Positions 11,875-25,149 of a DNA stretch of 64,000 nt are shown here, in pieces. The position numbers were made by a program, and so were the translations under genes. The stretch spans positions 102,176,001 to 102,240,000 of the forward strand of contig NC_043000.1 in assembly GCF_006345805.1 (NCBI RefSeq). The letters are read 5' to 3'. Source of the stretch: Octopus sinensis (lineage: Eukaryota). Position 1 is the stretch's first letter. Each line of letters opens with the position of its first letter. The notes under the pieces were generated by a model. It did not search any database, had not been told where the DNA came from, and worked only from the letters and a program-made list of their open reading frames with translations.

Positions 11875-12165
11875 GTTCGTATATAATATGTATGTTATGT
11901 CGAGAGTGTATTTTTTTTTTCTGTACGCGCTTTCGTTTTCCAAATATTCAAACACATGTTCCGGGCTAATGCATAAAGAGGAAGTTGATTTTTTTTTACA
12001 CCACTACAAAAAATGAAATAATTAAATAGACAAATAAATACATAAATAAATAACAAATTACTTCTTTATGCATTAGCCCGGAACACGTGTGATTGAAATG
12101 TTGAAAAACGAAAGAGCTTACATACAAAACACACACAAGACATAATATACACATTATATACGAAC
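11875..12165. mobile_element. Foldback/MITE-like element, ~110-bp imperfect inverted arms
   Basis: TGTTCCGGGCTAATGCATAAAGA (11957-11979) is inverted at ~12063-12085; the similarity extends outward to GTTCGTATATAAT / ATTATATACGAAC. Confidence 0.8.
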
Positions 12166-12182
12166 AAAAGCTTTTATATATA

Positions 12183-12218
<36 letters not shown>

Positions 12219-12422
12219 TGTATGTATGTATGTATGTATGTATGTATGTATGCATGTATGTATATATATATATATACATATATTTATACATATATAATAT
12301 ATATACGTATATATATATGCATATATATATATATATATATACGTATGCATGCATATATATATATATATATACCTATATATATACGTATACATATACATAT
12401 GTATATATATATATACATATGC

Positions 12423-12459
<37 letters not shown>

Positions 12460-12501
12460 ACATATGTATATACATATATATATATTATACATATATATAT
12501 A

Positions 12502-12545
<44 letters not shown>

Positions 12546-12614
12546 ATTTACATATATATATATATTAGATATATATAAATACATATATATATACACATAT
12601 ATATATATATGTGT

Positions 12615-12671
<57 letters not shown>

Positions 12672-12872
12672 TAATATATGTATGTATAGTAAACAAACAA
12701 GAAATGAATAGCTCAAATCTCTGTGAGTACCGCTAGACTAACAGGGCTAGGTGAATGACAAAGAACACTTTGTTTCGGAGTCAATTAGAAGATGGACATA
12801 GGGTAGCTAAATCTACGCGGGCATTCTTCCAAGTTAACATGCCCAGATCTCTTTGATCCCCATTGCATTCAA

Positions 12873-12903
<31 letters not shown>

Positions 12904-13552
12904 ATGAGTAAGAATATGTCAAAATGGCATATAATAGTTACAGGTAATTAATGCTAAGACGGACTAAATACCTAAAATCCAACGTCGAAGGAATCGGGGC
13001 GAGGTTCACGCAAATAAGAGTTGACTATACGAGATAATATACCACTGGCGCAAATGAAAGTACAATAAAATAGATGGACATATGCTTGTTAATGGCCTCA
13101 AAGCATCTATGAAGTAATTTCATAGAAGTGAATATAAAAATAGAGTAAAAGCAGGAAAAGAAAAATCTAGAAAACAAAAGTTCATAGTAATTCTTAGTAG
13201 ATATGAATATAACCTAAAACTTCATACTGTAATATCACACAGATAAAATAGAGGAGGATCTGCGTAGCTCTTCGTTGTGTTTCATTCCGTATAGGGACGT
13301 AAATCTCCAGAGAGTTCAAATTCGTAACTGACAAATAAGAAGATGGAAAATACAGGTAGTTCTTGACAGGTGATTCTATGATTTGCCGTGCCGTAATGTG
13401 CCTTGTGTTTAAATGAGGCACATTGCTGTGAGCGAAAATATAAGAAATAACACAAGTTTAAATTATATGAACTCTCACCCTACACTACCTTAATCCTCTA
13501 CTCTCTTATTTGTGAAGTTCGAGTTTGAACTCTCCGATTATTTCCACATACA

Positions 13553-13640
<88 letters not shown>

Positions 13641-13641
<1 letters not shown>

Positions 13642-14024
13642 TAGCAGTATCGCCCGGCGTTGCTCAGGTTTGTAAGGGAAAATAACTATAAAGCATTTTT
13701 AGAGAGTTATAGCCAAAAAATAGCAAAAAAATGGGAAAAAAATGATGGTAAATTTTTTTTAGAGTTAAAAAAGGTGGAGTTGCGTCCCCTAGACGGTCTG
13801 TGGTTTGGGTTTCTGATTCTCGACCCCATGTCGAATTTATCGATTTTTTTCAGAACTGGGGGAACTTTTCAAAATTTTCGCTGCGTTAGTTTTGAATTAT
13901 GACATTGGGCTATGTGTGTGTCAAGTTTCATCAGAATCGGTTGAAAGCCGTGGTCAGAGTGAGGGTACGAGAAAACAGACACACAGAAAACGCACAGACA
14001 AACTGCCGTTTATATAGAGAGAGA
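13641..14024 (-). mobile_element. Non-autonomous Helitron (Lep1/DINE-like)
   Basis: On the minus strand: 5' TC, 3' GC-rich hairpin plus CTAG, inserted between A and T; internal AAGTTTCATCAGAATCGGTTGA and ACAGAC motifs. Confidence 0.8.
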
Positions 14025-15019
14025 TATATATAGGTTGAGCTACTACGGAGGGCTTCTTGAAATCTCCTCTATTTTATCCGTGTGAAATTAGAGTATGAAC
14101 CTTCAGGTTTTATATCTATCTATGAAGAGTTACTTGGAATTTTCGCTTTCCTAATTAATCAGTTTAATTAATATGTTTTTACTTATTTCTGTGTAACAAT
14201 ATTATAAATGATTTTAATACCTTTGACAACCGCATTACACACACGCATGTGTATATATGTGTTTATGTGTGTGTATGTATATATACATATATATATATAT
14301 TATATATATATATATATTATATATATAATATATATATATATATATAGATATATATATATATTATATATATATATATTTCTGTGTGAGTTAGAGGTTGAGA
14401 AACTAGCTAAGGGATAGTACCTATCCAATATACTGTTGGTAGTGTACCCATTTATTCATTTTCAGGTGCTAGTTATTGCATGACAATCTCGCAATTAAGC
14501 ATCATATATGGGCTCGGGTAAAAAAAGGATTTACCCACGATTTATACGGCAAATAAGAAAAAGGAGAGGATATATATGTTTGCTCATTTGCTCATTTGTT
14601 TCTCTATACTTATATGTATTCACATCCTTGTCTATGCAGTTACCAGCTTTTTCCACTCGCTAATCAGTATAACGCATACATGTGAGTGTATTCATCCTTT
14701 ACAATTAAATAAATAGACATACATGAATGTTTACTGGCTGATGTCTGTCGATTTTATATCCCCTCCGTTTTCTTATTTGTCATATATATATATAATAGTA
14801 GGGAATATAATTCCAAACTTACAGGGAAACATTCAATTTAGCAATTCTAAATCAAATTTCACAATATATAATATATGTATAGAATTAAGAGAAATAACCT
14901 CTATTAAGTAATTCAATAGTGAAAGATATTATCCATACAATATAGAAAAAATTTAAATATACTATAATACATATTATCACTAAATTAAATAGACATTAAA
15001 TTGACTACGCGCGTTTCGT

Positions 15020-15076
<57 letters not shown>

Positions 15077-15079
<3 letters not shown>

Positions 15080-15636
15080 CTACTAGTAGTTTCGTGCTGT
15101 TGAGGTACCATAATTGGCAGATTTATATAACATTCCATGTGTCTCCAAGCAATCTTTAATGTTCAGTAGATACTGTTTGACTATTTTAAAGTCAGGATGC
15201 TGATCTATGAGAAAACATGAGGAAAAACGAAAAGATAATGCGAAGTATGTTGATGCAAAAAGTGAAACAAGAAGAAAAAGAAAATTAAGGAAACCAAGAT
15301 CTTCGTACCCTTTGTCTGTCGAAATCATAATTAATCTAGCTCCGTTATATTATTCTACATCAGCAAGATTAATTATGATTTCTACAGACGAAGAAAACAA
15401 AGATCTTACTTTTCTTCATTTTCTTTTCTTTCCTCTCAATCCACTTTTTACACGAACCTTCTTCGCGTTTTCTTCTCGTTTTTTTTTCTCTTGTTTTCTC
15501 ATAGACCAGCATCCTAGGTTTCAAACAGATCGAACGGTATCCGCTGAACCTGAAATCTTGCTTGGCGACCTGTGACATGTTATATAAATCTGCCAAATTA
15601 TTGTATCTCTACAGCATGAAACTATTAGAAGCGCTT
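15077..15636. mobile_element. Large foldback (palindromic) element, ~270-bp arms
   Basis: Arms align throughout (e.g. TTGGCAGATTTATATAACA / TGTTATATAAATCTGCCAA; GAAATCATAATTAATCT / AGATTAATTATGATTTC) around a ~20-nt spacer; TA repeats on both sides. Confidence 0.88.
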
Positions 15637-15700
15637 CTAAATTATATATATGTATGTGTATGACTGAGTGCGTGCGTGTGTGTATGTATGTGTGTATGTA

Positions 15701-15763
<63 letters not shown>

Positions 15764-16238
15764 TTTTATCTTTACTTGTTTCAGCCATACTGGAGCACCG
15801 TTCTGACCATGTGTGTATGTGTCTGTGTTTACGTATACTGGTGTAAAATGATGCAGTGAATTTTATTTTAACATTTAATCAACAGAGATCGTTAACATGT
15901 TTCGTTCGGTGCAGTACTTGACATTTTAATTCATTAAGTAATTTAAAGCTTTACAAATATAATTTTTATTACTAGACCAAGTGAACTAATCCTAATAAGA
16001 GGGACGTAATTTATCCCGCGTGACAACAAATGGCTATTCATTCCATTGATGTTGGAAATGAAATAGAGTCGTTAATGGCTAAATCTGAATGAATAATCTT
16101 TTTAAAAAGATGTTCAACCCGAATGGTGTGCTATTCAGCTGTTGAAATTTTTACTAGTAGCTTTAGCCAAACTGTAAACAACTGCATTAAATTATATAAT
16201 TAATCTGTATTAATCTTTCCTACTCCACACAAATTACA

Positions 16239-16304
<66 letters not shown>

Positions 16305-16305
16305 A

Positions 16306-16353
<48 letters not shown>

Positions 16354-16365
16354 TATATTATATAT

Positions 16366-16485
<120 letters not shown>

Positions 16486-16533
16486 GTGTGTGTGTGTGCG
16501 TCTGTGTGTGTGTGTGTGTGTGTGTGTATGTCA

Positions 16534-16710
16534 GATCGCTCTTGAGTGCTACTGGTAACATGTAATCCAGTACAACCTGTCGCATGGTCGGGTCGTCGGC
16601 GACTAAACTGGCAACCTCACCAGGCTTGCTTGGTGAGGAGAGTTATGTTCGACACTCTACGTGATGAAAAAATAAGACCTGTCAAAGGGCGGATGAACTT
16701 CTGAACAGTC
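16534..16710 (+). mobile_element. Probable 5' end of a non-LTR retroelement with a decayed HDV-like ribozyme
   Basis: GC-rich structured block starting right after (TG)n; P1/P2/P1.1/P4/CTAA pattern (see findings); cut off by the Tx1 insertion. Confidence 0.4.
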
Positions 16711-19360
16711 AATTTCTTTATTAACCATGAGGTTGACAAAAAGAGGGGACGATACAAGGACAGACAAAACAAACATTGGGGTCAGGGGATCGAATGAGAC
16801 GAAACGTATGAATAAGCAAACAATTAAAATATATATACAATTAAATGAGAATGATTGATTTACAAAAAATGAAGCAGAAGACGCGGTTGACCCCCACAAA
16901 CCACATACTCACACTGAAAACTTTTCTTTGTCCTGTTTTGGTTCTCATTTAGACAGGTTCTTTCCCTCGCAACATACTTGCTACAGACTTCCATCTTTTA
17001 CCAAACACACTTTGCGACAGGCAATTCTTTTCCAGCCTTACTTTCCGTTTCATGTGGAAAACGAAAAAGTCGATTAGCTCGAGACTGGATATGAACATGC
17101 CTGTTGCAGTTCCTTTCACTCTCGTCTTCCATACTACCTCTTTCGCAACAGCAACTACCGACAGAAAACAGGCTCGCTCCTCCCTATTCAGGGAGAGGCG
17201 GCGGAACGATCTTAAATACGGATTCGCTCGACAGTTGTACTCTTCTCAAATGCGACAGGAGGTGTTTGACATAAGCCCAGTGTTCAGTCACCTTGGAGAT
17301 TTTGCACAATCGCGTACAGGGCACTTTCACTGTCCTGCTCGCATTTTGCACAAACCGGCGAAGGCGCACCCCCATGTCCAAAGAGCTTATCTAGAACCGG
17401 TAAAACTCCTCTGTAACATTGCCAGGCCAGGGACCTTTGGTAATTATCCATAGGCCCCGGCCCGAATATTCTTTGGAATAGGTTGACCAGTTGATCTTCG
17501 TCGAAGCCTAGGGTTTCTCCCAGGACGTCGTTACACTTGAACTCTACTAACCCTCTATAGAAGAACATAGAAGTACCCTCGCCACCGGCGTTGTCCGACT
17601 GGGAAATTAGCATGAGTGCCTGATGGCACTCTGCATGTCACATGCCTAACCTCGGTCAACATTTGATCCATGGGGCCAGTTCAGTAAACGATGTGAACTG
17701 TGGAAATAACAGCTAGACGAAAGGAGACCACACCTGCTCACCGTCCAGGTAAAGCCAGAGGTACCTAAGCCTCAGCGCAGTTTTAGCCACGGCATCCCTA
17801 GACCACCCTTCAGCGGCTTTTGGCAGCTGAGCGCCTTACAAGAGGTGTGCTGCCCCTCCACAAAAAGCGAAAGAACATGCGTTCCAGCTTGTTCAGCCAC
17901 GAATCGGAGCAAGGCACGACGGTCAGGCGGTAAGTGATTACAGGAGTGATAAACACCTCTACAACCTCCTCCACCCTGGTCATGCTAGGAATGGCGCAAG
18001 TATGCGCCTCGCCAACAAGTCCACCCACGACCCGCGCCAACCTTTTTGCTAAAATCATGGCCAAAATCTTCAACTCTGCGTTAAGCAGAGTGATGGGCCG
18101 AAAATTATGAATTAAATCACCCATTTTTGGACCTTTCTTAACGGCTCCACGACCCCTCGGCTCACAGACTTGGGGATTCTCCCATTCTGCTGCTAGTTGG
18201 TGTACACGCATGCAAGTAGGTGCCCAAATAAGTCTAGCATGCTACTATAGAGTTTGTAATGGAGACCATCGAGTCCCGGCGATTTGTCTCCGCCGCAGTC
18301 TTCCAACACATTCTCGACCTCCTTGGCGCTTCACACGATTTCGCATTCCGCCCTGAGAGACGCTGAGAACCGGCCAGGAAGTCTGCGAGCTTCTCCCCAC
18401 GCTCGAGTCCGCCGCTCCTCCTGAATAGCTGGGCGAAATGATCGTGAAACACCTTGCACATCTCCTCGGGTTAATTTATTGATCGACCATGTGCGTCCGT
18501 CAAAGATCGAATGGTTGAGTTGTTGCCACGCTGGCTCTCTACCACCTGGGCCTATCCGGTCCCGCTGATCCAATCCTGTCTCTTTGTACGTATCTTATCC
18601 CTGACAATGCACCCTTCGTGTTTAGCTTTGAGATGTTGGTCCAGTGCCAACCTCGCCGCTAATACTTTCGATGCCCGCCTGACCTCATTGCCTTGTCTAC
18701 TGCCTTAACTAGTTTCTTTTCCACTTTGTTTCTAGCACTAGCTAATTCTTTTCTAAACCTAATCGACTCAAATTTGATGACTCTTTTGAGGGCGTACCAC
18801 TATTTGTCGTTGATAATGTATCCGGTTAACGCCTTCATCAGTAACTGTCTAATCCGCTTCCTGTAGGCTTCACAGTCTACACATGCTATCTAGGTCGAGC
18901 GTACAGGTCACTAATTTGTGATCGCTGTACCTGACGATATGGTGTTGTGGACAGCTATTTTCTTATCTTTCCTACTAGTAATGATTCTATCTATGTAAGA
19001 TATAGACGACCCATCGTTTCTTCACCAGGTCCACGCTGGAACGTCTGGGTGGTCCAGTCTGAATCGATCTGCCAACTCGAAACGACTTAGCATTTCGTTG
19101 AGGCAAGGAAGTGCTCTCCTATTCTTTCTCGAGCCAACATAATCTACGCGTGCATCGCAGAATGTGAAAAAATTCACCTAGCAATACTAACGTGTGCGAC
19201 GTGCCGAGAAAATTCTCTAGGCTTTTGAAGTAATCGTACTGTCCGCCTCTTCCTTAGCGTGGAGCATAGACAGCGACCACCCTAAACACTTTACCACTGC
19301 TGTGCGTCACATGCAAAACGACCAACCTGCCTTCCGGATCTATAAAGACAGTTCTAAAGA
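16711..19360 (-). mobile_element. Tx1/L1-clade LINE, 5'-truncated with an internal deletion of the RT core
   Basis: APE motifs GRLVVLHV..FRVVAVYAP, SYIDRII, YSDHKLV; RT start FRPITLLNAELKILA fused near 17983 to post-RT VFITPVITYRL; LPVLDKLFGHG..CAKC knuckle; 3' end AATAAAGAAATT. Confidence 0.88.
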
Positions 19361-19674
19361 CAAGGTAAAAATAAGACAAGGTAGAAAATGGTAAAATAAT
19401 TTTAGCATGAAGAACATTTTACTACCGTTTTCAGTCTTTCCGACTTTTTCAGCTTGGAGTAAGGCATGAAAAACAATTAAACTGTGGAAAAATTAAATGA
19501 ATTGTGTTTTTTTTTTATATTTCCATAGTTTTCAAATGCAAGGGACATTTTCCTTTTTTCTGGTTGTCTCTGTCTCTCTGTTTTACTCTTGTGGGTTCTA
19601 GGTGTATATACACATACATACATGCAAACATACATGCATACATACATACACACACAAACACACATAAATATATA

Positions 19675-19725
<51 letters not shown>

Positions 19726-19728
<3 letters not shown>

Positions 19729-20755
19729 GCCGAAGTACCTTGCAATGCCTTCGTGTCTGATCGAAAATCCGGAAACTTTGGCATACAAAATATATGAGCA
19801 AGAAATTAAGACCCTTGTCTACTAACGCTGATGTGGGAATAACGGCAGAATGGTCCTGTTCACTTACATACTAATTGCAAAGCCTCAGGCGAGACAATAT
19901 TGCTGGTTTTGACAATCAGTGTTCACAACACAAAGCTGATCATATTAAAAGGCAGGATCTATCAGGTTCAGTGCAACAACTTTCAATAGTTGTTCTTGAA
20001 ATTTATTGATAGTCAAAGTGAAACTGCATGACAGGAAATTGGCTTTGAATTTTTAATAGAAAATGTGTTCACTTTAATGGTATTCTGGGAATGAATCGAC
20101 TGCCAACAGCAAATTTTCTTGCCATGATTGTAACTTCTAGGATATGAGTCATCATATGTAAGAGAGTAAATCTTGTGCTATTGCCAGTTTTTAGAGGATC
20201 TAGCTTACGAATTTGTGTAATTACTGTTACAAGCTTAATATTAATTTCAGTAGAAGTAGTAGGGTTCATGCTGGTTCAAAACTGTTCAGAAATTCAGTTG
20301 AGTTATTTACAACTTGGGCCTGCAAAGTAACTGTATCACATGTTTCGTAGCATCTTTTTTATGGGCTGCATATCCAGAAGTTCTCTGTTGATTTCGCACA
20401 GAGCCACATATTTTGATGCGGGTCTTGCTCGTTTGCAGAAGCATTTTCGATCATATTGTCTGATGTGATAACTAGGAAGCATGGATAACCAATATTTGTT
20501 GTTCCACTATCTCTGAACAACAGAATTTGGTCGCTTTCAAGAAGTCCAAACTTAGCAACAAAATTATAACAAGTGAAATGCCTTCACGTATTGATTGTAA
20601 GGCTCGGTCTGTGAACAATGGAGCCAGATATAAGAGGTTTTTACACAGGTATTTAATTGATTGGCACGACTGAGCAAAACTAATGATAAATCTTCTTATT
20701 GTACGTGTGGTTTCCATCAGATCCTGCATTGTCCGATCTAAGAAACAAGCGTAAA
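19726..20755 (-). mobile_element. Helitron 3' portion (PIF1-like helicase remnant plus 3' hairpin end)
   Basis: LDRTMQDL, CVKTSYIW, RKLDPLKTGNSTRF..ILEVTI..GSRFIPRIPL, LTINKFQEQLLKVVALNL; terminal hairpin with degenerate CTAG at ~19726. Confidence 0.85.
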
Positions 20756-20764
20756 ATGCAATCA

Positions 20765-20890
20765 GTTTGATTTAAGTTTATCTCTCAAATAAGCCATCGC
20801 TGGATTTGAACTCAAGAGCGTAGCATCGGAAAAAATACTGCCAAACATTTTGTCTGGTTCTCCAACGACACTGTTAATTCGCCGGTTCAT
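20765..20890 (-). mobile_element. tRNA-derived SINE head fragment
   Basis: Resembles the family-1 head; B-box-like GAGTTCAAATCC. Confidence 0.55.
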
Positions 20891-20924
20891 AAATACACAC
20901 ACACACACACACATGTACTCACTC

Positions 20925-20973
<49 letters not shown>

Positions 20974-21737
20974 TATATATTATATACACACACACATGCA
21001 TACAATCATACATGCATACACTTATTTAAACATATAAACAATTTGTTTCTGTATACATTAATGTGTGTGTGTGTGTGTGTATGTAATTTGTTCATACATA
21101 TTTACAGAGATTTTTTCCATATATATATTAAATCTGAGCGTGTACCTCTATGTAGACAGGAAATATGGACAAAGAAAATCGAGTGAATGCAACGTACGAC
21201 CTACCTTCATACCACTCATGTTTCGCTTATTTTTTATTATTTTTTCTTCATTTGTATGGCACTGACTTTTCCAGGATATGTGTTTATGTCTGTACGTATA
21301 TGTGATTAAATATACCACTTGGAAAGAACTTAGCCAATCTCAGTCAATACATTTATTAAAGTTTTAATAAACCAAACCCATATAAGTTTATAATATAAGA
21401 AATGATTGCTAGCAAGTGTGAAACACTCTTGAACGTATCAGCAATAACTTTACACTCTCTCATAGCACATTGTTTTCCTTCACTTGATTTCATTTTTTTT
21501 TTTGTTTATTCATACTATTAATTCATTTAGCAATACATGTAATTTTGGCTAAGTGCGACGTTGAATATATGTGTTGATTTTAAATCAATACACCATGATT
21601 ATTTTTTTGTGAAATGTATGTAAATACAATTTGCGCATGTGTATTTTACGTATGGGTGTATACATACATGCATGTGTATTTGTATATATATACTTATATA
21701 TATATAAATATATATATGAATATATATATGCTTATAT

Positions 21738-21800
<63 letters not shown>

Positions 21801-21867
21801 GATATATATATATATAGATATATTTGCGGGTGTATGGATGCACATTAATGTATGGGTGTATATCTAT

Positions 21868-21909
<42 letters not shown>

Positions 21910-21980
21910 GCATATGTATATATATGCAGGTATATCAATGCACAGTAATGTGTGGGTGTATATATATATACATGTGTGTC

Positions 21981-22021
<41 letters not shown>

Positions 22022-22033
22022 GTGTGTATGTAT

Positions 22034-22068
<35 letters not shown>

Positions 22069-22313
22069 CACATTTGCACACAAACGTTCATACAAAACTT
22101 CAATTTATAATTTTCTTTCCACGTTATATAATATTGTTTTATTTTTCAGCTGAACAATATTGGAGTCTTTCAGTTTTCAGAGTTTTTTTTTTCTTTCTTT
22201 ATTACATACACATGATTTTGTGACGTTCATCTTTTTTTCCAGAGTAATTACTGAAAAATTTAATCAGAAATATCTGTAACTGAAGATTTATGCAACATAT
22301 ATATATATATATA

Positions 22314-22445
22314 TGACGGGTTTCTTTTTGCTTCCGTCTACCAAATCGACCTTGGTTGGCCCCGTGCAATAGTAGAAGATACCCAAAGTACCATGCGGTA
22401 GGACTGAAGCCGAAACCATGTGATTGAGACGCAAACGTCTGCTAT
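22314..22445 (-). mobile_element. SINE family 2 fragment
   Basis: Reverse complement of GATTTGGTAGACGGAAGC..AAAGAAACCCGTC and GGTACTTTGGGTATCTTCTACTAT, shared with 6081-6502. Confidence 0.65.
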
Positions 22446-22467
22446 CGGAAAGTAAAGGATCAAAACA

Positions 22468-22838
22468 ATTATAGCAAGAGCACTCAGAGAGTGCAATCCT
22501 CCGCCAAGGTAACACCAACGTCTTCTCAACGATTAGCCAAAGACGATTTCTAAAATGAGAATATCTGAAATAAACTCGACTCTCTCACAAACGAGAATAC
22601 TAAAAATGAACCCGACCGCACTCAAAAATTAAGTAAAAATAAAACGGAAAAATAATTCAGAATCTTTGTCTAATACCGGATTGATCCCAAAATCTAATCA
22701 ATTTTGTGCTAGTCACGAGGCCAAACATCCTTGAAAGTTTCATCACAATCCATCCAGCGGTTCTTGAGATATCTTGTCTACGGATAAACAAACAAACACA
22801 ACTGAAAACAATACCTCCGGCTTAGCGAAGCCAGTAAG
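22468..22838 (+). mobile_element. Non-autonomous Helentron-like (HINE/DINE-type) element
   Basis: 5' CCTCCGCCAAGG, internal AAAGTTTCATCACAATCCATCCAGCGGTTCTTGAGATATC, 3' AAAACAATACCTCC plus hairpin GGCTT-AGCG-AAGCC. Confidence 0.55.
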
Positions 22839-23051
22839 GATAATGACTAAGACACAAACTTCCTATAATTTTTTAGGAAAAAGTAGGTGTTTTTATTGAT
22901 GTTCGCGTGTGTGTAAGAATATTACATCAGAAATGCAGTTTCCCTTCATTAATTTATGTATATCTTGTCGCAGTGCATTCTAATGGTTTAAGAATGACGA
23001 AATATTTTTGTTGTACTCGAAATGAAACGTCTCATTATAAATATCCTGTTT

Positions 23052-23268
23052 TTCTTTTCTACTCTAGGTACAAGGCTCGAAATTTTGGGGGAGAGGGCCA
23101 GTTGGTTATATCGATCCCAGTACGCAAATGGTACTTAATTTATAGACCCCGAAAGGATGAGAGGCAAAGTCGACCTCGGTGGAATTTGAATTCAGAACGT
23201 AAAGACAGAAGAAATACCACTAAGCATTTTCGCTCGGCATGCTAATGTTTCTGCCAGCTCGCTACCTT
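23052..23268 (-). mobile_element. SINE family 1, tail type B
   Basis: Family-1 head/body with tail CCCCAAAATTTCGAGCCTTGTACCTAGAGTAGAAA. Confidence 0.85.
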
Positions 23269-23329
23269 AAAAATATCCTTTTTAAAAAAGTAAAACATCT
23301 AATAGCAGTAAAATAAAATGTAATGGTGC

Positions 23330-23622
23330 TCTTTTATGAGGAAAGAGCAATGCCCAAGGCCTTTTAAGGAGACTCCTTGACTGCCAGGATGGAAGGAGAA
23401 AGGTGTCTGAAAATCGGAGGCCTCGCTAGAATGCTTGCAACAGAGTGGGCTCAAATAATGGTACCCAAAGACATCGCAGTGGTAATAAACCAGGCGACGG
23501 ACTAAGTCTACCGCTTCAGTAGGGCGTGGCAAGATTTGAACTCAGAGTGCAATGAGCCGAAGCATGTGACGATAGTTACGCGAACCCGACGCCCTAATGA
23601 TTCCGCCAGTCAGCTGCCATAG
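23330..23622 (-). mobile_element. tRNA-derived SINE-like element (other family)
   Basis: Head TGGCGGAATCATTAG...CTGAGTTCAAATCTTGCC on the minus strand; body unlike family 1. Confidence 0.5.
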
Positions 23623-23954
23623 ACTGGTATTTTATCTATTTACCCCGGAAAAAAATGAGTAATGTAAAACCGATTCCGCTTCACTTCTGAACAAAAGAAG
23701 CGGGAATATATACTGTCCAAACCGATAAACAATGCTTAATTTTATTCAGCAAATGTAAAAACTAAGAAACCATTGATAAGATATTCCGATTGCGGTTCTG
23801 TGTTTGTTTTCAGGAATTCAAGGCGAGAACCTGCTTTGTAAGAAGTAGCATTTCAATATACGCTTTTGAATTCGGGAAGTAAAGATTAATAGAAGACAGG
23901 TTACCCTTGCAAAATCGTCTATAATTCTTATTTTTATTTTTATTCTCATTCGTG

Positions 23955-24140
23955 GAGTCGTGTGGTTAAGATTGTGGTTTCGATTCCTGGACCGGGTGAT
24001 GCGTTCTTGGGCAAAACACTTCATTTCGCGATTCTCCAGTCCATTCAACTGGCATAAAGGAGTAATCTTCGACGGAACGGCATCCCTTCAATGTGGGGAA
24101 TATATACGTCATGAAACCGAGGAAACTGGCCATATGACAC
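23955..24140 (+). mobile_element. V-SINE-like tRNA SINE fragment
   Basis: TTCTTGGGCAAAACACTTCATTTC and CGACGGAACGGCATCCC; same family as 29800-30021. Confidence 0.65.
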
Positions 24141-24188
24141 TATATTACTCGGGAAGAAGCTTTTATCGTTCTTATTATTATCATTATT

Positions 24189-24654
24189 AAGGCGACAAGC
24201 TGACAGAATCGTTAGCGCGCTGGCCGAAATGCTTAGCAGCATTTCGCCCGTCGCTACGTTCTAAGATCAAATTCCACCGACGTCGACTTTTGCCTTTCAT
24301 TTTTCGGGGTCGATAAATTAAGGACCAGTTGAGTACTGGAGTCGATGTAATCGACTACTCCCTCCCCCAAATTCCAGGCCTTGCACTTATAGTAGAAATG
24401 ATTATTACCATTATTACAGCGGTGAACTGGCAGAAACGTTAGCACGCCGGGCGAAATGCTTAGCGGTATTTCGTCTGCCGTTACGTTCTGAGTTCAAATT
24501 CCGCCGAGGTCGAATTTGCCTTTTATCCTTTCGCGGTTGATAAAGTAAGTACTAGTTGAGTACTGGGATCGATGAAATCGACTAGTCCCACCCCCATGCC
24601 ATAATTTCAGAACTTGTGCCTATAGTATGAAGGATTACTATTATTACTACTAAT
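24189..24654 (+). mobile_element. Two tandem family-1 SINEs, both tail type B with (ATT)n ends
   Basis: Copy 1 24189-24416, copy 2 24418-24654; copy 1 follows an ATT-rich run, copy 2 starts in the ATT tail of copy 1. Confidence 0.88.
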
Positions 24655-25149
24655 ACCATAAAGGCAACGAAATAGCAAAATAAATAAGTTCCAGGTCTAG
24701 TCCTTCCCTTTGGAAAAATAACGCACTTAAAGTGAAGAGATAAAACAATTTAACGGAATTAGTCAAAATAGAGTTATCTCCCTCTACATAATACAAATGC
24801 ACTGCAAAAATTATTATCAAAAATAAGAGGTTTCTAAGCTATTTCTTTTTCTTTTTTTCCTAAAGTGTAATTTGATTCAATTTTTCATTTCGTAATTATG
24901 AACAGCACGCGTCAACAAGTTAATTGTTATGGAGAAAAACAGTAAAATTTTCATAGTGCCAACAAGTCTGAGCCCCCTAATCATCTAATAGCAAATGGAT
25001 TCAACAGCAACAGATGTGATGTTAACCGTGCAAGAGCAAATAGTCTGCGCCAAAATGTGCGTATATGAATAAATGTGTGTGTGTATACGTGTGTGAATAT
25101 TTGTATAAATATGTATAAATATGTGTGTGTATGTGAATATTTGTGTAGG

